In this document: one piece after another, positions 61,643 through 62,416 of the stretch | Position numbering within the stretch: the stretch's first letter is position 1 | Layout of the letters: every line of letters begins with the position of its first letter | Assembly: GCF_024521635.1 (NCBI RefSeq) | Contig: NW_026250442.1 | Location: 124,001 to 186,416 of the forward strand | Direction of reading: 5' to 3' | Length of the DNA: 62,416 nucleotides | Source of the DNA: Tricharina praecox | Taxonomy: Eukaryota | The notes under the pieces: model-generated | Database searches by the model: none | Told to the model about the DNA's origin: nothing | What the model saw: only the letters and a program-made list of their open reading frames with translations | Program-made: the position numbers and the translations under genes

Positions 61643-62416
61643 GGCCACCGCAGGCAGGATACACTGGGCGGTATAACTACGGAAGGGTCAGTACTGATCA
61701 CTACCGATCAGTACTAAGCAGTACCGCTAGCGCCGCTTTGGCAGGCCTGGTACCGATCCGTACCAGCTGTGGCCGCGGCAGGGAGGACACTATGGGTGGT
61801 ACAGGGCCGGAACAGTCAGTAAAGATCAATAGTGTGCAGTACTGAGCAGTAGCACTATGGCCGCACCAACGGCTGCGGCCGCGACAGGGAGGATACGATG
61901 AGCAGTACAGCTACGGAAGGGTCAGTACTGATCAGTAACGTGCAGTACTGAGCAGTACCGCTATCACCGCATCGGCGGGCCTACTACTGATTTATAAGGG
62001 GTGGGGCCGCAGCACAGAGGATACTATAGGCAGGACAGCTCCGGAACGGTCAGTACCGATCAGTACAGAGCGCTACGGCTATGGCTGCATCGGCGGGCAT
62101 CGTCTTGACGTGTACTGGCTGTGGCCGCAAGGCAGTATACAGTGCGGTACAGCTCTGGAACGGTCAGTACTGATCGGTACTGAGCAGTACTGAGCAGTAC
62201 TGCTATCGCCACATTGGTGGACCCACTACTAGCGTGTAAGTGGTATGGCCGCGACTGAGTGGATACTATGGGCGGTACAGCTCCGGAACGGTCAGCAATG
62301 TGCAGTACCGAGCAGTATTGTTATCGCCCCATTGCTGGGTGCGGTACTAATGGCTACAGGCAGCCGTGGCGGCGGGCAGGTTATATCGGGCTGTACAGCT
62401 TAGGAACCGTCTTTGC
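61643..62416. repeat. Degenerate tandem array of ~106-128-bp units, at least 7 copies, running past the window end
   Basis: Units start at GGCCGC-like motifs at 61643, 61771, 61877, 62005, 62123, 62247, 62368; consensus core GGATAC..GTACAGCT.CGGAA.GGTCAGTACTGATC..CAGTACTGAGCAGTAC. Confidence 0.9.

Noticed and set aside
61643..62416. CRISPR array
   Set aside because: Eukaryotic context, degenerate long repeats, related rather than unique spacers, and no cas genes.

Overview
Fungal nuclear DNA: a filamentous ascomycete, judged from short GT-AG introns with CTRAY-type branch sites and the gene families present (Pezizomycetes is a guess). The left ~35 kb is gene-dense. It holds an unusual spliced gene fusing an RWD domain to an RNase III domain with intact catalytic motifs, a compact Trk K+ transporter, oligoribonuclease, a PA-TM-RING E3 ligase, two small type-I membrane proteins, a GH5 mannanase, a HeLo-like/NACHT/ankyrin NLR with an extra (frameshifted) C-terminal domain, a DPR-repeat dehydrin-like protein, a secreted SMP-30 propeller and an alpha/beta hydrolase. 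The right ~27 kb is sparser. It holds a secreted S41 peptidase, a HeLo-like/ankyrin gene whose decayed tail is hit by a hAT MITE with an 8-bp TSD, a LaeA-like methyltransferase and an AA9 LPMO, plus several non-autonomous TIR elements, decayed ORFs and a ~120-bp-unit tandem array running off the right edge. The most novel-looking items are the RWD-RNase III fusion, the NLR with an integrated C-terminal domain and the terminal array. All calls come from manual reading and motif recognition; no searches were run.
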